The position numbers and the translations under genes were made by a program. A model generated the notes under the pieces. It was not told where the DNA came from, did not search any database, and was given only the letters and a program-made list of their open reading frames with translations. Shown here piece after piece: positions 30,570 through 43,483 of a stretch of 64,000 nucleotides of DNA (the stretch's first letter is position 1; each line of letters begins with the position of its first letter). Location of the stretch: the NCBI RefSeq assembly GCF_009914755.1, contig NC_060925.1; one strand, 5' to 3'. Source of the stretch: the human T2T-CHM13v2.0 reference genome, Homo sapiens.

Positions 30570-31132
30570 TGTTACCCAGCGTAATGCCTGTGTGACATAG
30601 CTGAATTTCTACTCTGCCCTAACTTTGCTGATCTTTAAGAAAAAGAATACCTGCAATAAAAATTTTCCTTTATAGCCAGACCAGCTGAAACTGGTTATAA
30701 CCAAGAGAGATCAACTTCAAAAAAACCTCAGGTTTCATTATAATCTCATTTCCATGCTAAATGACACTCCTATCAGTGCTGTGACTGTTGACAATCGCCA
30801 TGGCAATGACCAGAAGCCATAAAACGACAAAAAGGAAGGGAGAACTCTGGTTCCAGGGAGTTCACGGCCCATTTTTGGAAAACACATGAATATTTCTCCC
30901 CTTACTTGTAATGTCATTAAAGAAACATTCATTAAAGAAATATTATATTTTAGCCCTCTCACCCTTCACTAGTGGAGAAATTGATTTGTGAGCCATGCCC
31001 CCACATCTGAATTCTATGGCCATCGAATAAAATTTGCTCTGCTTGATGCTCACTTTTCGTTTTGTATATTGGCTTCATGACAGGAAACAAGGAAAGACTC
31101 TATCTTTTGGGGGACCAGCTTTGTCAGTGACA
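30570..31132 (+). mobile_element. ERV1 solo LTR (MER66/MER41-related)
   Basis: TG...CA; 4-bp TSD CTTC (30566-30569/31133-31136); catttccatgctaaatgacactcc motif; AATAAA ~31026. Confidence 0.8.
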
Positions 31133-31568
31133 CTTCTGCTGAAGACAAGATGAATGATGCAGGCAATGTTGAATGCTACTGGATATCAAAACCTGATAAT
31201 TTTTAGGGATACAGAAAAGAAGAGAGAAGCTTGAACTGTTGATTCAAGTCCTATTGAGTGGTCACTAAATTCACTCATACTACAAGTTCAGATACGCAGA
31301 GAAAATACAAATTCTTTATTGTCTATAGCTGATTGCTTCCTGCCAGGTCTCTAGTCATTGGTTAACAGGAATAAACAAGTGTATTACATAGTTAGTCTTA
31401 GTCCTATGCAGTAATTTCTACAGTTCATTTAGATAGTAGCCTCTCATTTGGAGAAAAACACAGTCTCTCAGGTAACCTTCCCCACCCTTGTCTCTCTTCC
31501 CAAGATCTTGTTGAAACCAAGGGCTAATCTTTTTAGTCACTTGCTTTTTGTTGATTGTTTTTAACCCA

Positions 31569-32118
31569 TGTAGCTGAAAGCCACACTGCTAAACACTATA
31601 ACTTAACCTTCATGAGCTCCTTTAGAGATAATGCTTCTGATGTATATGTCACCATGGTAACAATTGCTTAAGTTGTTTTCAGGAACTTGGGGGTCAGCTT
31701 TTGTCCAACTTAAACCAGTTAAGACCACTGACCTTTCAACTGGGCCTGCACAAATGCTCAAGAGGTGAGCTTTTGATGTCAAAGAGCCAAAGATTCTTCT
31801 CTCAAATCGTGATAACACCACCATTTTCTGAACATGCATCCTATAAGGAGCCATGAACACCAACTACACTTGTACACATCATCAGTTACCTCATTTATCC
31901 CTACTGCCAACCACTTTTCTTCATGCTTTAGACCACCTCGCTTCTTTACCCCATGAATATCCCTGAGCCAGCCTTATCTTCAGGGAAGCCGATTTGAGAG
32001 CTGTTCTCCTGTCTCCTCTCTGGGTTTCCCTATGAATAAATCTTTCTCTACTGCAAAACTCATCATATCAGTAATTTGCTGTCTGCATGATGGGCAGAAT
32101 GAGCTTGGTTTTGTATCA
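31569..32118 (+). mobile_element. ERV1-type LTR (LTR39/MER49-like), boundaries approximate
   Basis: ttcaggaacttggggg...caactgggcctgcac...gatttgagagctgttctcc...aataaatctttctctactgcaaaac. Confidence 0.6.
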
Positions 32119-32251
32119 ATATCGGGTAGTAGTGAGAAGGGTGTGTGGGTGATGCTTCATAGGTGGAGAAAAGAGGAAAAAGTCTCCCTGTCTCTGCGTG
32201 TACCCACTGGTCTCCAGATCTCTACTATTGTCCTCCTGCTGGTTGTAATTC

Positions 32252-32960
32252 TGTAATGATTAATTTGATATGTCAACTTAACTAGGCCATGATACTCTCA
32301 TATTTCATCAAATATTATTCTAGTCTAGATATTTTCGTGAAGGTTTTCTTTCTTTCTTTTTTTTTTTTTTTTTTGAGATGGAGTCTCACTCTATCACCCA
32401 GGCTGGAGTGCAGTGGCACAACCTCAGCTCACTGCGATGTCCACCTCCCGATTCAAGCGATTCTGCCTCAGCCTGCTGAGTATCTGGGACTACAGGTGCC
32501 CACCACCATGCCGAGCTAATTTTTATATATTTAGTAGAGACAGGGTTTCAGCATGTTGGCTAGACTGGTCTTGAACTCCTGACCTCAGCTGATCCGCCCA
32601 CCTCGGCCTCTCAAAGTGCTGGGATTACAGGCGTGAGCCACCATGCCTGGCCCTTCGTTAAGGTATTTTTAAGATCAGACTAACATTTAAATCAGTAGAC
32701 TTTGAGTAAAGCAGATTATCCTTTATAATGTGCGTGGCCTCATCCAATAAGTTGAAAGCTTTAATAAAAAGAGACTGACCTCCCTGAAGAGGAAGGGATT
32801 CTGCCAGCAATCCACCTTTAGACTCAAACTGCAACTCCTCCCTGGGTCTCCAGCCTGCTGCCTTACCCTGCAGATTTTGAACTTTCCAGCCTCCCCAATC
32901 ATATGAGCCCAATTCCTAAAATAAATCTCTCTTTCTTGATAGATATATACATAGATAGAT
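32252..32960 (+). mobile_element. MLT2 (ERV-L) LTR split by an Alu
   Basis: tgtaatgattaatttgatatgtcaactt...gactttgagtaaagcagatt...aataaatctctct. Confidence 0.88.
32345..32652 (-). mobile_element. AluS
   Basis: Full dimer; TSD ttcgt(g/t)aaggt. Confidence 0.95.
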
Positions 32961-33042
32961 AAAGACAGGGTGATAGTTGCTTCCTTGGACCACCTGTCTT
33001 CTGGTTTATCTGGACAAAAAGATACACACATATACACACACT

Positions 33043-33099
33043 TATATGTATATACATATGCATATATGTATATACATATGTGTGTATATATATGTGCAT

Positions 33100-33137
<38 letters not shown>
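33043..33137. repeat. 95-bp uninterrupted alternating purine-pyrimidine tract ending in (CA)18
   Basis: Read directly. Confidence 0.95.
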
Positions 33138-33139
<2 letters not shown>

Positions 33140-34039
33140 TAGTCTGTGGCTGGTGAACAGATGATCCACTCTTCTGGCTTGGGTTATTCTTCCATGACAT
33201 CACCCATATCTTCCTGAGCCAAGGTGGACTCCCAGCTTTGGGTGTTTACCACATCTTCCTGCAGAACCCTTAGCTTGGCAATTCTCTCCTCTTCTCCAGC
33301 CTCAGTTGTGTTGTTTACTTTCCTTGCCACAAGTTTCCCAGAAGTCCCATCTCTCTTGATCTATTGTCCTTACCTAAAACCGCTGAGAGTGTCTTGGAAA
33401 TGTCCTTATGCATTCTCTCTTATCTAGGTTGAGCTGCCTTGTTTTGGACTGCAGGCTCCTGCACATCAGATATCTGGAATTCAAAATCAGATCTGAGTCA
33501 GGAGCTCTCTGTTCTTAACATTGCCTTTACTTCTCAAATGTTCCCTTCACCCAGTCTGAGCTGAAGACCCACATTTTGAATATAAGACTCTCCTCCCTCA
33601 CACTGATCTTCTTGTCCCTCAGTGGAAAGGGAGCAGGGTCTTCTTAGACTTCCCTTATTTTTATCTGTTTTGTATATAAAGAATCAATCCTCATGGAATA
33701 GCTACTAAAGGTAGAAATACCTTCTTCTCTGCACTATAGGAAAACTTTAGAATTTACTTTTCCTCAGGGCTAATTGTTGATAGGTAAGCTATGTATGGGA
33801 GTAATGGAGTGCTTCTAAAATAATTTAGCAAATTATTTCATAGCACAGTAATCTAGCTTGTAAAGTTATTTACCTATTGCATCATCTCATTGTGTCAGAA
33901 GCCAAGTATTGTCTGGGTCTTCCTTCTTTCATCTCTTCTATAACATTTATTAGCATTTTCCTCACCCCCACTCTATCCCAGATGGAGCCACAGGCCAACT
34001 AGGTGAAGGACACAGCCTCAGCATGTCAAAAGAGAAACA

Positions 34040-34265
34040 CTTATATTATGCTCACGGTGTACTCTTCTAAACAGTTATTTATATTAATTTATTTAGTCTT
34101 CATAACGGCTCTACAAAGTAGACACTAATACCATTCCTGCACTTGAGGAAACTGGGGTACAGAAAGTTTAAAAGCTTGCCCAAAATCACATGGTTATAAG
34201 AAGCTGAGCCAGGACACAAACCCAGACAGTCTGGCTCCAACATCTTTGCTATTAATCACTCCTAT
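34040..34265 (-). mobile_element. MIR
   Basis: tgaggaaactggggtacagaaag...cttgcccaaaatcaca...aacccagacagtctggctcca. Confidence 0.85.
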
Positions 34266-34748
34266 AGCTGCTACTATATTCACTGTGAATCATGCTCCTG
34301 GAATTTTTGTGCCATACAGCAATCCTATCGGAACGCCAATTGAGAGTGATCTATTCTATCCTAAGCCCCGAGTTCATCTCTGTGTGGCCATTGTGGGTCC
34401 AAGTCCCTGGAATGATTTTTCTCTCAGCTTCACACTGGTGAGGCTGTCAGGGAAGGTATTAGCACAAACAGGTGAAATTCCATGCCAAGTCCCAAGCACA
34501 ACGTCACAAATCACTTTTATCTTCCATGTGCTCTATGAAAGACATCTAAGCCACTACTTGGACTACCTAAGCTTAAGGTATATGGTAGTGAACTAGGAAT
34601 TTCTGGAGAATATAGCTGAGGAGAGAGGACAGTAAGGCCTCTGATGCTATGAACTGCTCTGGACTCTGGGCATGGCTAGCATGGACACTCTAGCAGCTAG
34701 CTTGGTGCCTGCGCAAACACCCGCCCAAGTTTTGTGCTTGAAACCCAG

Positions 34749-36270
34749 TGTGTCCGGAATTGGTGGGTTCTTGGTCTCACTGACTTCAAGAATGAAGCCG
34801 TGGACCCTCGCGGTGAGTGTTACAGCTCTTAAGGTGGCGCGTCTGGAGTTTGTTCCTTCTGATATTCGGATGTGTTTGGAGTTTCTTCCTTCTGGTAGGT
34901 TCGTAGTCTCGCTGGCTTCAGGCGTGAAGCTGCAGACCTTCACGGTGAGTATTACAGCTCTTAAGGCGGCACACCTGGAGTTGTTCATTGCGTGGCTGGA
35001 GTTGTTCATTCCTCCTGGTGGGCTCGTGGTCTCGCTGGCTTCAAGAGCGAGGCTGCAGACCTTCGTGGTGAGTGTTACATCTCATAAAAGCAGTGTGGAC
35101 CCAAAGAGTGAGCAATAGCAAGATTTACTGCAAAGAGCAAAACAACAAAGCTTCCACAGTGTGAAAGGGGACCTCAGCGGGTTGCCACTGCTGGCTCCGG
35201 CAGCCTGCTTTTATTCTCTTATCTGGCCCCACCCACGTCCTGCTGATTGGTAGAGCCCAGTGGTTTGTTTTGACAGGGCGCTGATTGGTGCCATTTACAA
35301 TCCCTGAGCTAGACACAAAGGTTCTCCAAGTCCCCACCAGAATAGCTAGATACGGAGTGTCCACTGGTGCATTCACAAACACTGAGCTAGACACAGGGTG
35401 CTGACTGGTGTATTTACAAACCTTGAGCTAGATACAGAGTGCTGATTGGTGTATTTACAATCCCTGAGCTAGACATAAAGGTTCTCCAAGGCCCCACCAG
35501 AGTAGCTAGATATAGAGTGTCCATTGGTGCATTCACAAACCCTGAGCTAGACACAGGGTGCTGATTGGTGTATTTACAATCCCTGAGCTAGACACAAAGG
35601 TTCCCCACATCCTCACCAGACTCAGGAGCTCAGCTGGCTTCACCCAGTGGATCCCGCACCAGGGCTGCAGATGGAGCTGCCTGCCAGTCCCCCGCCGTGC
35701 ACACGCACTCCTCAGCCCTTGGGTGGTCGATGGGACTGGGTGCCATGGAGCAGGGGGCGGCACTCATTGGGGAGGCTCGGTCGGCACAGGAGCCCACAGA
35801 GAGGGTGGGAGGCTCAGGTATGGCGGGCTGCAGGTCCCGAGCCCTGCCCCACGGGAAGGCAGCTAAGGCCCGGCGAGAAATGGAGCGCAGCACAGGTGGG
35901 CTGGCACTGCTGGGGGACCCAGTACACCCTCCACAGCCGCTGGCCCAGGTGCTAAGCCCCTCATTGCCCGGGGCCGGCAGGGCCGGCCAGCTGCTCCGAG
36001 TGCAGGGCCCGCCAAGCCCACGCCCACTCGGAACTCCAGCTGGCCCGCAAGCGCCACGTGCAGCCCTGGTTCCTGGCGCCTCTCCCTCCACACCTCCCTG
36101 CAAGCTGAGGGAGCCAGCTCCGGCCTTGGCTGGCCCAGAAGGGGGCTCCCACAGTGCAGCGGTGGGCTGAAGAGCTCTCAAGTGCTGCCAAAGTGGGAGC
36201 CCAGGCAGAGGAGGCGCCGAGAGTGAGCGAGCGAGGGCTGTGAGGACTGCCAGCATGCTGTCACCTCTCA
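34749..36270 (-). mobile_element. LTR12C (ERV9) solo LTR
   Basis: Minus strand begins TGAGAGGTGACAGC and ends CCAATTCCGGACACA; 4-bp TSD CCAG (34745-34748/36271-36274); GC-rich U3 with tandem repeats. Confidence 0.96.
35195..35600 (-). promoter_or_regulatory. LTR12 promoter/enhancer repeats: multiple CCAAT (NF-Y) boxes and TATA-like AATAAAA
   Basis: ctgattgg at ~35243, 35281, 35442, 35561; ttttatt at ~35210; function inferred from LTR12 biology. Confidence 0.6.
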
Positions 36271-36668
36271 CCAGGACCCTGGTAGTGTAGGCTCAGGAGA
36301 GACTCTCCTACTCTGTAGATTGCAAAAATCTGTGGGAAAAGCATAGTAGTTCTCGGGGTGGGTAGCACAGTCCCTTACTGCTTCCCTTGGCTGGAGGGAG
36401 GGAGGTCCCCTGGCTCCTTGCACTTCCCAGGTGAAGCAACACCCCATCCTGTTTCTGCTTGCTCTCTGTGGGCTGCACCCGCTGCCTAACCAGTCCCAGT
36501 GAGATGAACTGGGTACCTCAGTTGGAAATGCAGAAATCACCTGTCTTCTGGGTTGGTCTTGCTGGAAGCTGCAGACAGGAGCTGTTTCTCTTCAGCCATC
36601 TTGGCCTGTCCCCCCATACAAATTTTAAATAGGTTTCTTTTTTATGGCTGCAAAGAATGTCATTGGTA

Positions 36669-36927
36669 TTTTTTTTTTTTTACTTTTTTCTTTTTTAAAA
36701 AAATTTTATTATTATTATACTTTAAGTTTTAGGGTACATGTGCACAACGTGCAGGTTTGTTACATATGCATACATTTGCCATGTTGGTGTGCTGCACCCA
36801 TTAACTCATCATTTAGCATTAGGTATATCTCCTAATGCTATCTCTTACCCCTCCCCCCACTCCACAACAGTCCCCGGTGTGTGATGTTCCCCTTCCTGTG
36901 TCCATGTGTTCTCATTGTTCAATTCCC
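36669..36927 (-). mobile_element. Short L1PA (PA3-5-like) 3' end inserted in the L1MA
   Basis: T-rich tail + ttatactttaagttttagggtacatgtgcacaacgtgcagg...cattgttcaattccc. Confidence 0.92.
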
Positions 36928-39900
36928 TTGATAAGAATTGCATTGACTCTGTAAATCACTTGGAATACTATGGACATTTTAACAATATTGATTTTTCCAA
37001 TCCATACACACACAATATCTTTCCACTTAGTTGTTATCTCTTCAATTTCTTTCATCTCTGTTTTATAGTTTTCATTGTGGCATTCTTTCACCATCTTGAT
37101 TAAATTTATTCCAAGGTATTTTATTTTTTGTAGCTATTGTAAATGGGATTGCTTTCTTGATTTCTTTTTTAGATTATTCATTATTGGTGTACAGAAATGC
37201 TACTGACTTTTGTATACTGATTTTTTATTCTGAAACTGTATTGAATTTGTGTATTAGTTCTAGCAGTTTTTTGGTAGAGTCTCTAGTGTTTTCTACATAT
37301 AAAATCATGTCCACTGGAAACAGGAATAATTTGACTTCCTCCTTTCCAATTTGTATGCCTTTTTTTTTTCCTTTCTTTTCCCTAATTGCTCTGGCTAAGA
37401 CTTCCAGTACTAAGGTGAACAGGAGTAGCAAAAGCTGGTATTATTTCCTATCCTAGATTTTAGGGGGAAAGCTTTCTACTTTTCCTAATTTAGTATGGTG
37501 TTAATGTGGATTTGTCATATATAGCCTTTATTGTGTTGAGATATGTTCCTTTTATATCTAAGTTACTGAGAGTTTTTATCATGAAAGGATGTTGAATTTT
37601 ATCAAATGCTTTTTCTGTATCCACTAAAGTGACAGTTTTTCTCCTTGATTCTGTTAATATCATGCATCATGTTTATTGATTTGTGTGTGTTGAATCATCC
37701 TTGCATGCCTGAAATGAATTCCACTTGAGTATAGTGAATGATCTTTTTAATGTGTTGTTGAATTCAATCTGCTAGTATTTTGTGGAGTATTTTTGTATGT
37801 ATGTTCATCAGAGAAATTTGCCTGTAGTTTTCCTTTTTTGTTGCTGTTGTGTCTTTGTCTGGTTTTGGTACCAAGGGATGCTTGGTACCAAATAAATTTT
37901 GTATTTTCTTTAATATTTTAGAATAGTTTGAAAAGTATTTGTATTGGTTCTTCTTTAACTGTTTGGTAGAATTTAGCACTGAAATCATCAGCTCCTGGAC
38001 TTTTCTTTGGTGGGAAACCTTTTATTTCTGAATCAATCTTCTTACTCATTATTGATCTGTTCAGAATTTTTATTTCTTCATGATTCAATTTTAGTAGGTT
38101 GTATGTGTCTAGGAATTTATCAATTTCTGTTAATGGTTTTCCAATTTATAGGCATATAGTTGTTTATAATAATCTCTAACAATCCTTTGTATTTCTTTGA
38201 TATCAGTTGTGATGTCTACTTTTTCATCTTTAACTTTATTTATTTTAATCTTCTCTCTTTCTTACTTGGTCTAGCTAAAGGTATGTCTGTTTTGTTTATC
38301 ATTTAAAAACTCTTTGTTTTATTGATCTTTTGTAATTTTATAGTGTAATTTATTATTTCTTTTCTTTTAATATTTTTGGGTTTAGTTTGTTCTTGTTTTT
38401 CTAATTCCTCAGGTGCAACATTATGTGGTTTATTTGATATCTTTCAAATTTTTGGTGTATGCATTTATTGCTATAAGTTTTCCTCAAATAACTGCCTTTG
38501 CTGTATCTAATAGCCTTTGGTATGTTGTATTTTCATTTTCATTGTTTGAAGAAAATTTTAATTTCCTTTTTAATTTCTTAACTGACCCATTTGTTATTCA
38601 GGACTCTATTGTTTAATTTTTGTATACGTTGCTTGTTTTCAAGATTCCTCCTGTTATTAATTTCAGATTTTATCCCACTGTGGTCAGAAAAGATGCTTGA
38701 TATGATTAAGATATTTTTACATTTTTTTGAGACTTGTTTTATGGCCTAACATGTGATCTGTCCTGGAGGACATTCCATGTGCTGATGAAGACTGGATTTT
38801 ATAGCTGTTGGGTGGAATATTCTGTAAAAGTTTCTTAGATTCATTTTATATAGAGTCCATTTGAAATCCAATGTTTCTTTACTGATTTTCTTTCTAAATG
38901 ATCTGTCCATTGCTAAGCATGGGGTGCTTAAGTCCCCTACTATTATTAAATGTTACAGTTTATCTCTCTAATTAGATTTATAACATATGCATTATATATT
39001 TGACTATCCAAGTGTCAGATGCATATAAATTTATAGTTGTTATGTCCCCTAGTTGAATTGACACCTTTATAACCATCTTTGCATCTTTTTACTTTTTTAA
39101 CTTAATGTCTAGATCTAAGTATAACTACTTTTGCTCTCTTTTGGCTTTCATTTGCATGAAATATCTCTTATCCCGTTTCCATAGAATATCCTTTTTCATC
39201 CCTTTACTTTCAGTGTATGTGTGTCCTACAGGTAAAATGACTCATTTGCAGGCAGCATCTAAATGGGTCTTTTTTTCTTTTTTATCAGTTCACTCACTCT
39301 ATATCATTTAATTGGATAACTTAATCAGTTTACATTCAAGGTTATTACTGATAGGTAAAAACTTACTACTGTCATTCTGCTAGTTATTTTCTGGTTATTT
39401 TATAGATCTTTTGTTCTTCTCCCTCTCTTGTTGTTTACCTTTGTGGTTTAGTGATTTCTTTAGTGATAAGTTTTGTTTCCTTTCTCTTTTTCATATGTGT
39501 ATCTGCTGTAATTTTTTAAATTACTCTGGGTTTACATAAAACATTACAGCTATAAAATACCATTATAAGTTGGTAACAACTTAGCTTTGGTCACATACAA
39601 ATATTCTAGACTTTTACCCTCTTCCCCACAATTTTTCATTTTGTTGCCTTAATTAAAATCTTTCTATGTTGTGTATTTCTTAACAGTGTATTTAGTTTTG
39701 GTAATTGTAGATGATTTTTAACCTTCATACTAGACATTTGAAAGATTTACATACCACTATCACAGTAATGCAGTATTCTGAATTTGATTATGAGCTTTTC
39801 TCTCAGTGAGTTTTATATTCTGTGATTTAATGGTAATAAAGTCCTTTCACTTCCAGTTGAAGCATTCCCTTAATCATTTGTTGTAAGGTCAGTATAGCAG

Positions 39901-40261
39901 TAATATGGTTTGCCTGTGTCCCCACCCAAATATCATCTTAAATTCCCATGTGTCGTGGGAGGGACCCAGTGGGATGTAATTGAATCATGGGGACAGGTTT
40001 TTCAGCAGTATCACTAATTCATGATAGTGAATATGTCTCACAAGATCTGATGGTACTATAAGGGGGAGTTTCCCTGCACAAGCTCTCTCTCTTTGCCTGC
40101 TGCCATCCATGTAAGATGTGAGTTGCTCCTCCTTGCCTTCCACCATGATTGTGAGGCCTCTCCAGACATGTGGAACTGTAAGTCCATTGAACATCTTTCT
40201 TTTGGAAATTTCCCAGTCTCAGGTAATGTCTTTATCAGCAGCATGAGAACAGACTAATACA
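39901..40261 (+). mobile_element. THE1B-like MaLR solo LTR inside the L1MA
   Basis: atatggtttgcctgtgtccccacccaaat...gactaataca; 5-bp TSD AGCAG. Confidence 0.93.
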
Positions 40262-42687
40262 AGCAGTGATACATTTCCATAGCTTTTACTTGTCTGGAAT
40301 TTTGTGTCTTCATTTTTGAAAGATAGCTTTGCTGAGTATAGTATTTTTAGATGATGATTTTTTTCTTTTAGCACTTTGAGTAGGTCATCCTATTCATGAT
40401 CCTATTCTCTCCTGGCCTGCAAGGTTTCTTCTGAAAAATCTGCTTATAGTCTAATGGTGGTTCACTTACATATTGACTTGATGTGTTTATAATTCTTTTT
40501 GTCTTTGACTTTTGATAGTTTAATTATAATGTACCTTGGAGAGGATCTCTTTGAGTTGAATCTAATTAGGATCCTTTAAGCTACATGTATCTGCATATTC
40601 ATATCTCTCCCAAAACATGAGACATTTTCAGCTATTATTTCGTTCGATAAGTTTTCTATGCCTTTCTCCATCTCTTCTTCCTATGAAAATCACATAATGC
40701 AAACATTTGTTCATTTAATGGTTGGTGTCCGAAAGGCCTCATCGGATTATTTTTGCTATTTTTCATTCTTTTTTCTTTTTTTCCCCTGACTGGGTTATTC
40801 AAGAGACTGGTCTTCAAGTTCAAAAATTCTTTCTTCTGCTTGATCTTAGACTGCTGTTGAAGCTTTTAAGGGTATTTTTATTTCATTTACTGAAGACCTC
40901 AACTCCAAGATTTCTAAGTTTTTTTTAATGATATCTATCTCTTTGTTGAGTTTCTCCATCAAATCATGATTTATTTTCTTGATTTTATTTTATTTTCTAT
41001 CTGTATTCTCTTACATCTTCCTGAGTTTTCTTAAGAACATTATTTTGCATTTTTTTCAGGTAATTTGTAAATTTCCATTGCTTGAGGTCAGTTACTGCAG
41101 ATTTCTATTCCCTTGGTGATGTCATGTTTCTTTGCTTTTTTGTATTTTTTGTGTCCCTATGTTGATATCTGTGCATCTTGTGGAATGGTCACTTCTTTCA
41201 ATTTTATACAGTGGCTACCACAGGGAAAGAGTTTTGCCTGCAGATGTGTCCTAGGGTATTGTTTGAATAGGGTGCATTGGCTTTGGCTCCATGTGGGCTC
41301 AGAAGTATAGTCTCCATGCAGTTCCTTTAACTGTAGTCAATGTCAGCATGCCTTCAAATACCTTAGAAGCCTAGGCTGCAGGAGTTTGTGCAGCTGTTCC
41401 ACTAAATTGGGTGTAGCCACCCCACTAGCGGGTGGGGGGGTACCAGGCCATCCTGCATGGGTGCATAGAGGCTGCTCTGCTAGGGTCACTCCCAGCCTCC
41501 CTACTGGAGGCAAAAACAGCAGTCTGTTTTATCAGTGCTTGAGGTCAGCTGGACCAGGGTTGGGCATGTCCTATTTACTGGGGAAAGGGACATGAGGCTG
41601 CTTCAGCAGGGTCAGGCAATGCCTCTTTCCTAGGCATGACTATCTGTTCTTTGGACAGTGGGGCATCAGCTGGGCCTGGGTTCCACAGTTACAGCTGTAC
41701 TGCTGGGCCTACACTGCAAGTAAATGAGGTTGGCATGCTACAGTCACTGGGATGGAAAAGTTGAAGTGCCTCCTAGGCACTTTATTCTTAAGGGGTATGG
41801 GGCTATGGCTACTTGACTAGGAATAGTGCACTACCATGTATGGGCATGGTGTAGTGGTGGTGGAGCCTTGGGGATGGGGAGATGCAGTGGCTACTGGCCG
41901 TGGAACATGATGTACTGGAGAAGTGACTTCAGTCTTAAGATGGCACTTTAGGGTAGCAGCTTAGATCATGGAGGAGGGAGCATAATGTGGGCTGCTTCTT
42001 TGAGGTAATATGGCCATGTGAACTCCAGGCAGTTTCCTTGACCGGTCTGGGGGTCTTTGCAGACTGCAGAGTTCTCCAGCAGCAAAGACTGCAGTAAGTG
42101 TCCGTGGCTTTAATTGGAGCACTTGGGGGTCTCCCATTCACTTTTTCCCAGTAGGAAGAGTCCATCCTGATTCTAAGCTGATCCTAATTGGGGAGATGGG
42201 GTGGCAAAGACAGGGTATTTTGTTGCCTTTTTAGTGCAGCCATCTCAAATCTCCATGCCTCACAGGGTCTCTGTCATTCCCCTGTTTTACTCAAGCACTC
42301 TCCTTCAGATACTGTCATTGAAATGTGATTGTTTATTGTTTTGGTCCTTTTTTGTGCAGAGACAAGCATTAGGCAGCACTAACCAGCCATCCTGCTGATG
42401 TCACTCCCTTCTATTTCCTTCCCTAGAAATTCTCAATGTGAGGATTTCATCACAAGGCCTTTTGTGAAGGCTTTACCTCTATCCATCTTAAGAATTTCTC
42501 AGTAAACACAAACGGCTAAAACAAAAAACAAGCCTCTTCCCTTTAAGTGTACAACCTAGTAGATCCACATCTCTTCCATTTACATTGACCTGTTGGATAT
42601 AACGTGATCATATGGCATCTGTTTTTTTTAGGGTTTCCAAGTGAGATAATGGTGGATCACTAAGAGTCTCTTACACATTCACTAAAC

Positions 42688-43483
42688 CAGTGATGGTTCT
42701 TAATATAGGCTGTCCACACATTGATGAATGTGCGAAATGATTCATTGGACTGGGAAGAAAATACTTAACATTTTATTTATTTGTATCTATAACATAATAA
42801 ATATAAGGTTTACAGATATGTAATGTGCATATTGGCAATGATACACTCAGAGCCTATTTGAGATGGATTCATTTCACATACAGTACACATGCTTTCCTGA
42901 GTGTGAATCTATGGCCCAGGGCCATTAACAGTAGGGAACCTCACACATTATGCACTTTCAGCATATTGAATATTAAGACAAAAATAATGTACATGTATCT
43001 GTCTACATAAGTTTACAGATGATCTTATCTAGTTTTTATTACATTAACCATCATAAAAGGAATGAGGGGCTTAAAAAGATTCCTGTGAGAAATTGCAAAT
43101 TAAAGAGACTCTTCATAAAGCAAGCACAAGCAAACAACCAAAAAGTGGAAGTCCTATTACTTTTCCTGCTAGAACAATCTCTTTATCGGCTACACTGTGA
43201 GCTGAAACAATTACACATTTACTTCCATTATTATTAATGATGAACTTTGCCTTGATGATATATAGTGATGTAAGAGACTAGCTAAAATTGATAAAAAATT
43301 AATATTATATATTTCAAATTTAACTCAACTATTTAAATGTTTTATTTTTGTGTTTTTAAATGCACAGATTAGTATAATCAACTATGTATAACTTACAAAT
43401 AAATGAATTTGTAACTAAGAGATGAATTCAAAAAATTGTAAAGAAAATTGTGAATGTTTAAAAAATAAGTTTGAAGACCACTG
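42688..43483. mobile_element. Non-autonomous hAT-Charlie DNA transposon
   Basis: CAGTG...CACTG termini; 8-bp TSD cactaaac/cactacac; KQAQ-like transposase tail ~43120. Confidence 0.7.

Larger units (their letters stand above)
34687..36615 (-). mobile_element. Orphan 5' UTR (~400 bp) of an older L1PA (PA7-13-like), interrupted by LTR12C
   Basis: gttttgtgcttgaaacccag|gaccctggt joins across the LTR; 5' terminus with YY1 site cagccatcttgg ~36593. Confidence 0.8.
36616..42408 (-). mobile_element. Long L1MA-type element (5' UTR, ORF1, ORF2 to past RT), 3'-truncated
   Basis: 5' terminus rc GGAGTGACATCAGCAGGATGGCTG; ORF2 pieces [16 protein letters not shown]...EEVKLFLF and [12 protein letters not shown]. 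Confidence 0.9.

Noticed and set aside
32723-33169. 148-aa ORF with CVCV repeats
   Set aside because: Translation of the microsatellite plus MLT2.
34246-34596. 116-aa ORF in apparently unique sequence
   Set aside because: Non-ATG start inside a MIR, no recognisable motif, no clear splice context.
35270-35600. Repeat-spacer-like array resembling CRISPR
   Set aside because: These are the standard LTR12 U3 tandem repeats; eukaryotic context, no unique spacers, no cas genes.
34647-36540. Cluster of long ORFs (up to 213 aa)
   Set aside because: All lie in GC-rich LTR12C/L1 5' UTR sequence, where stop codons are scarce.
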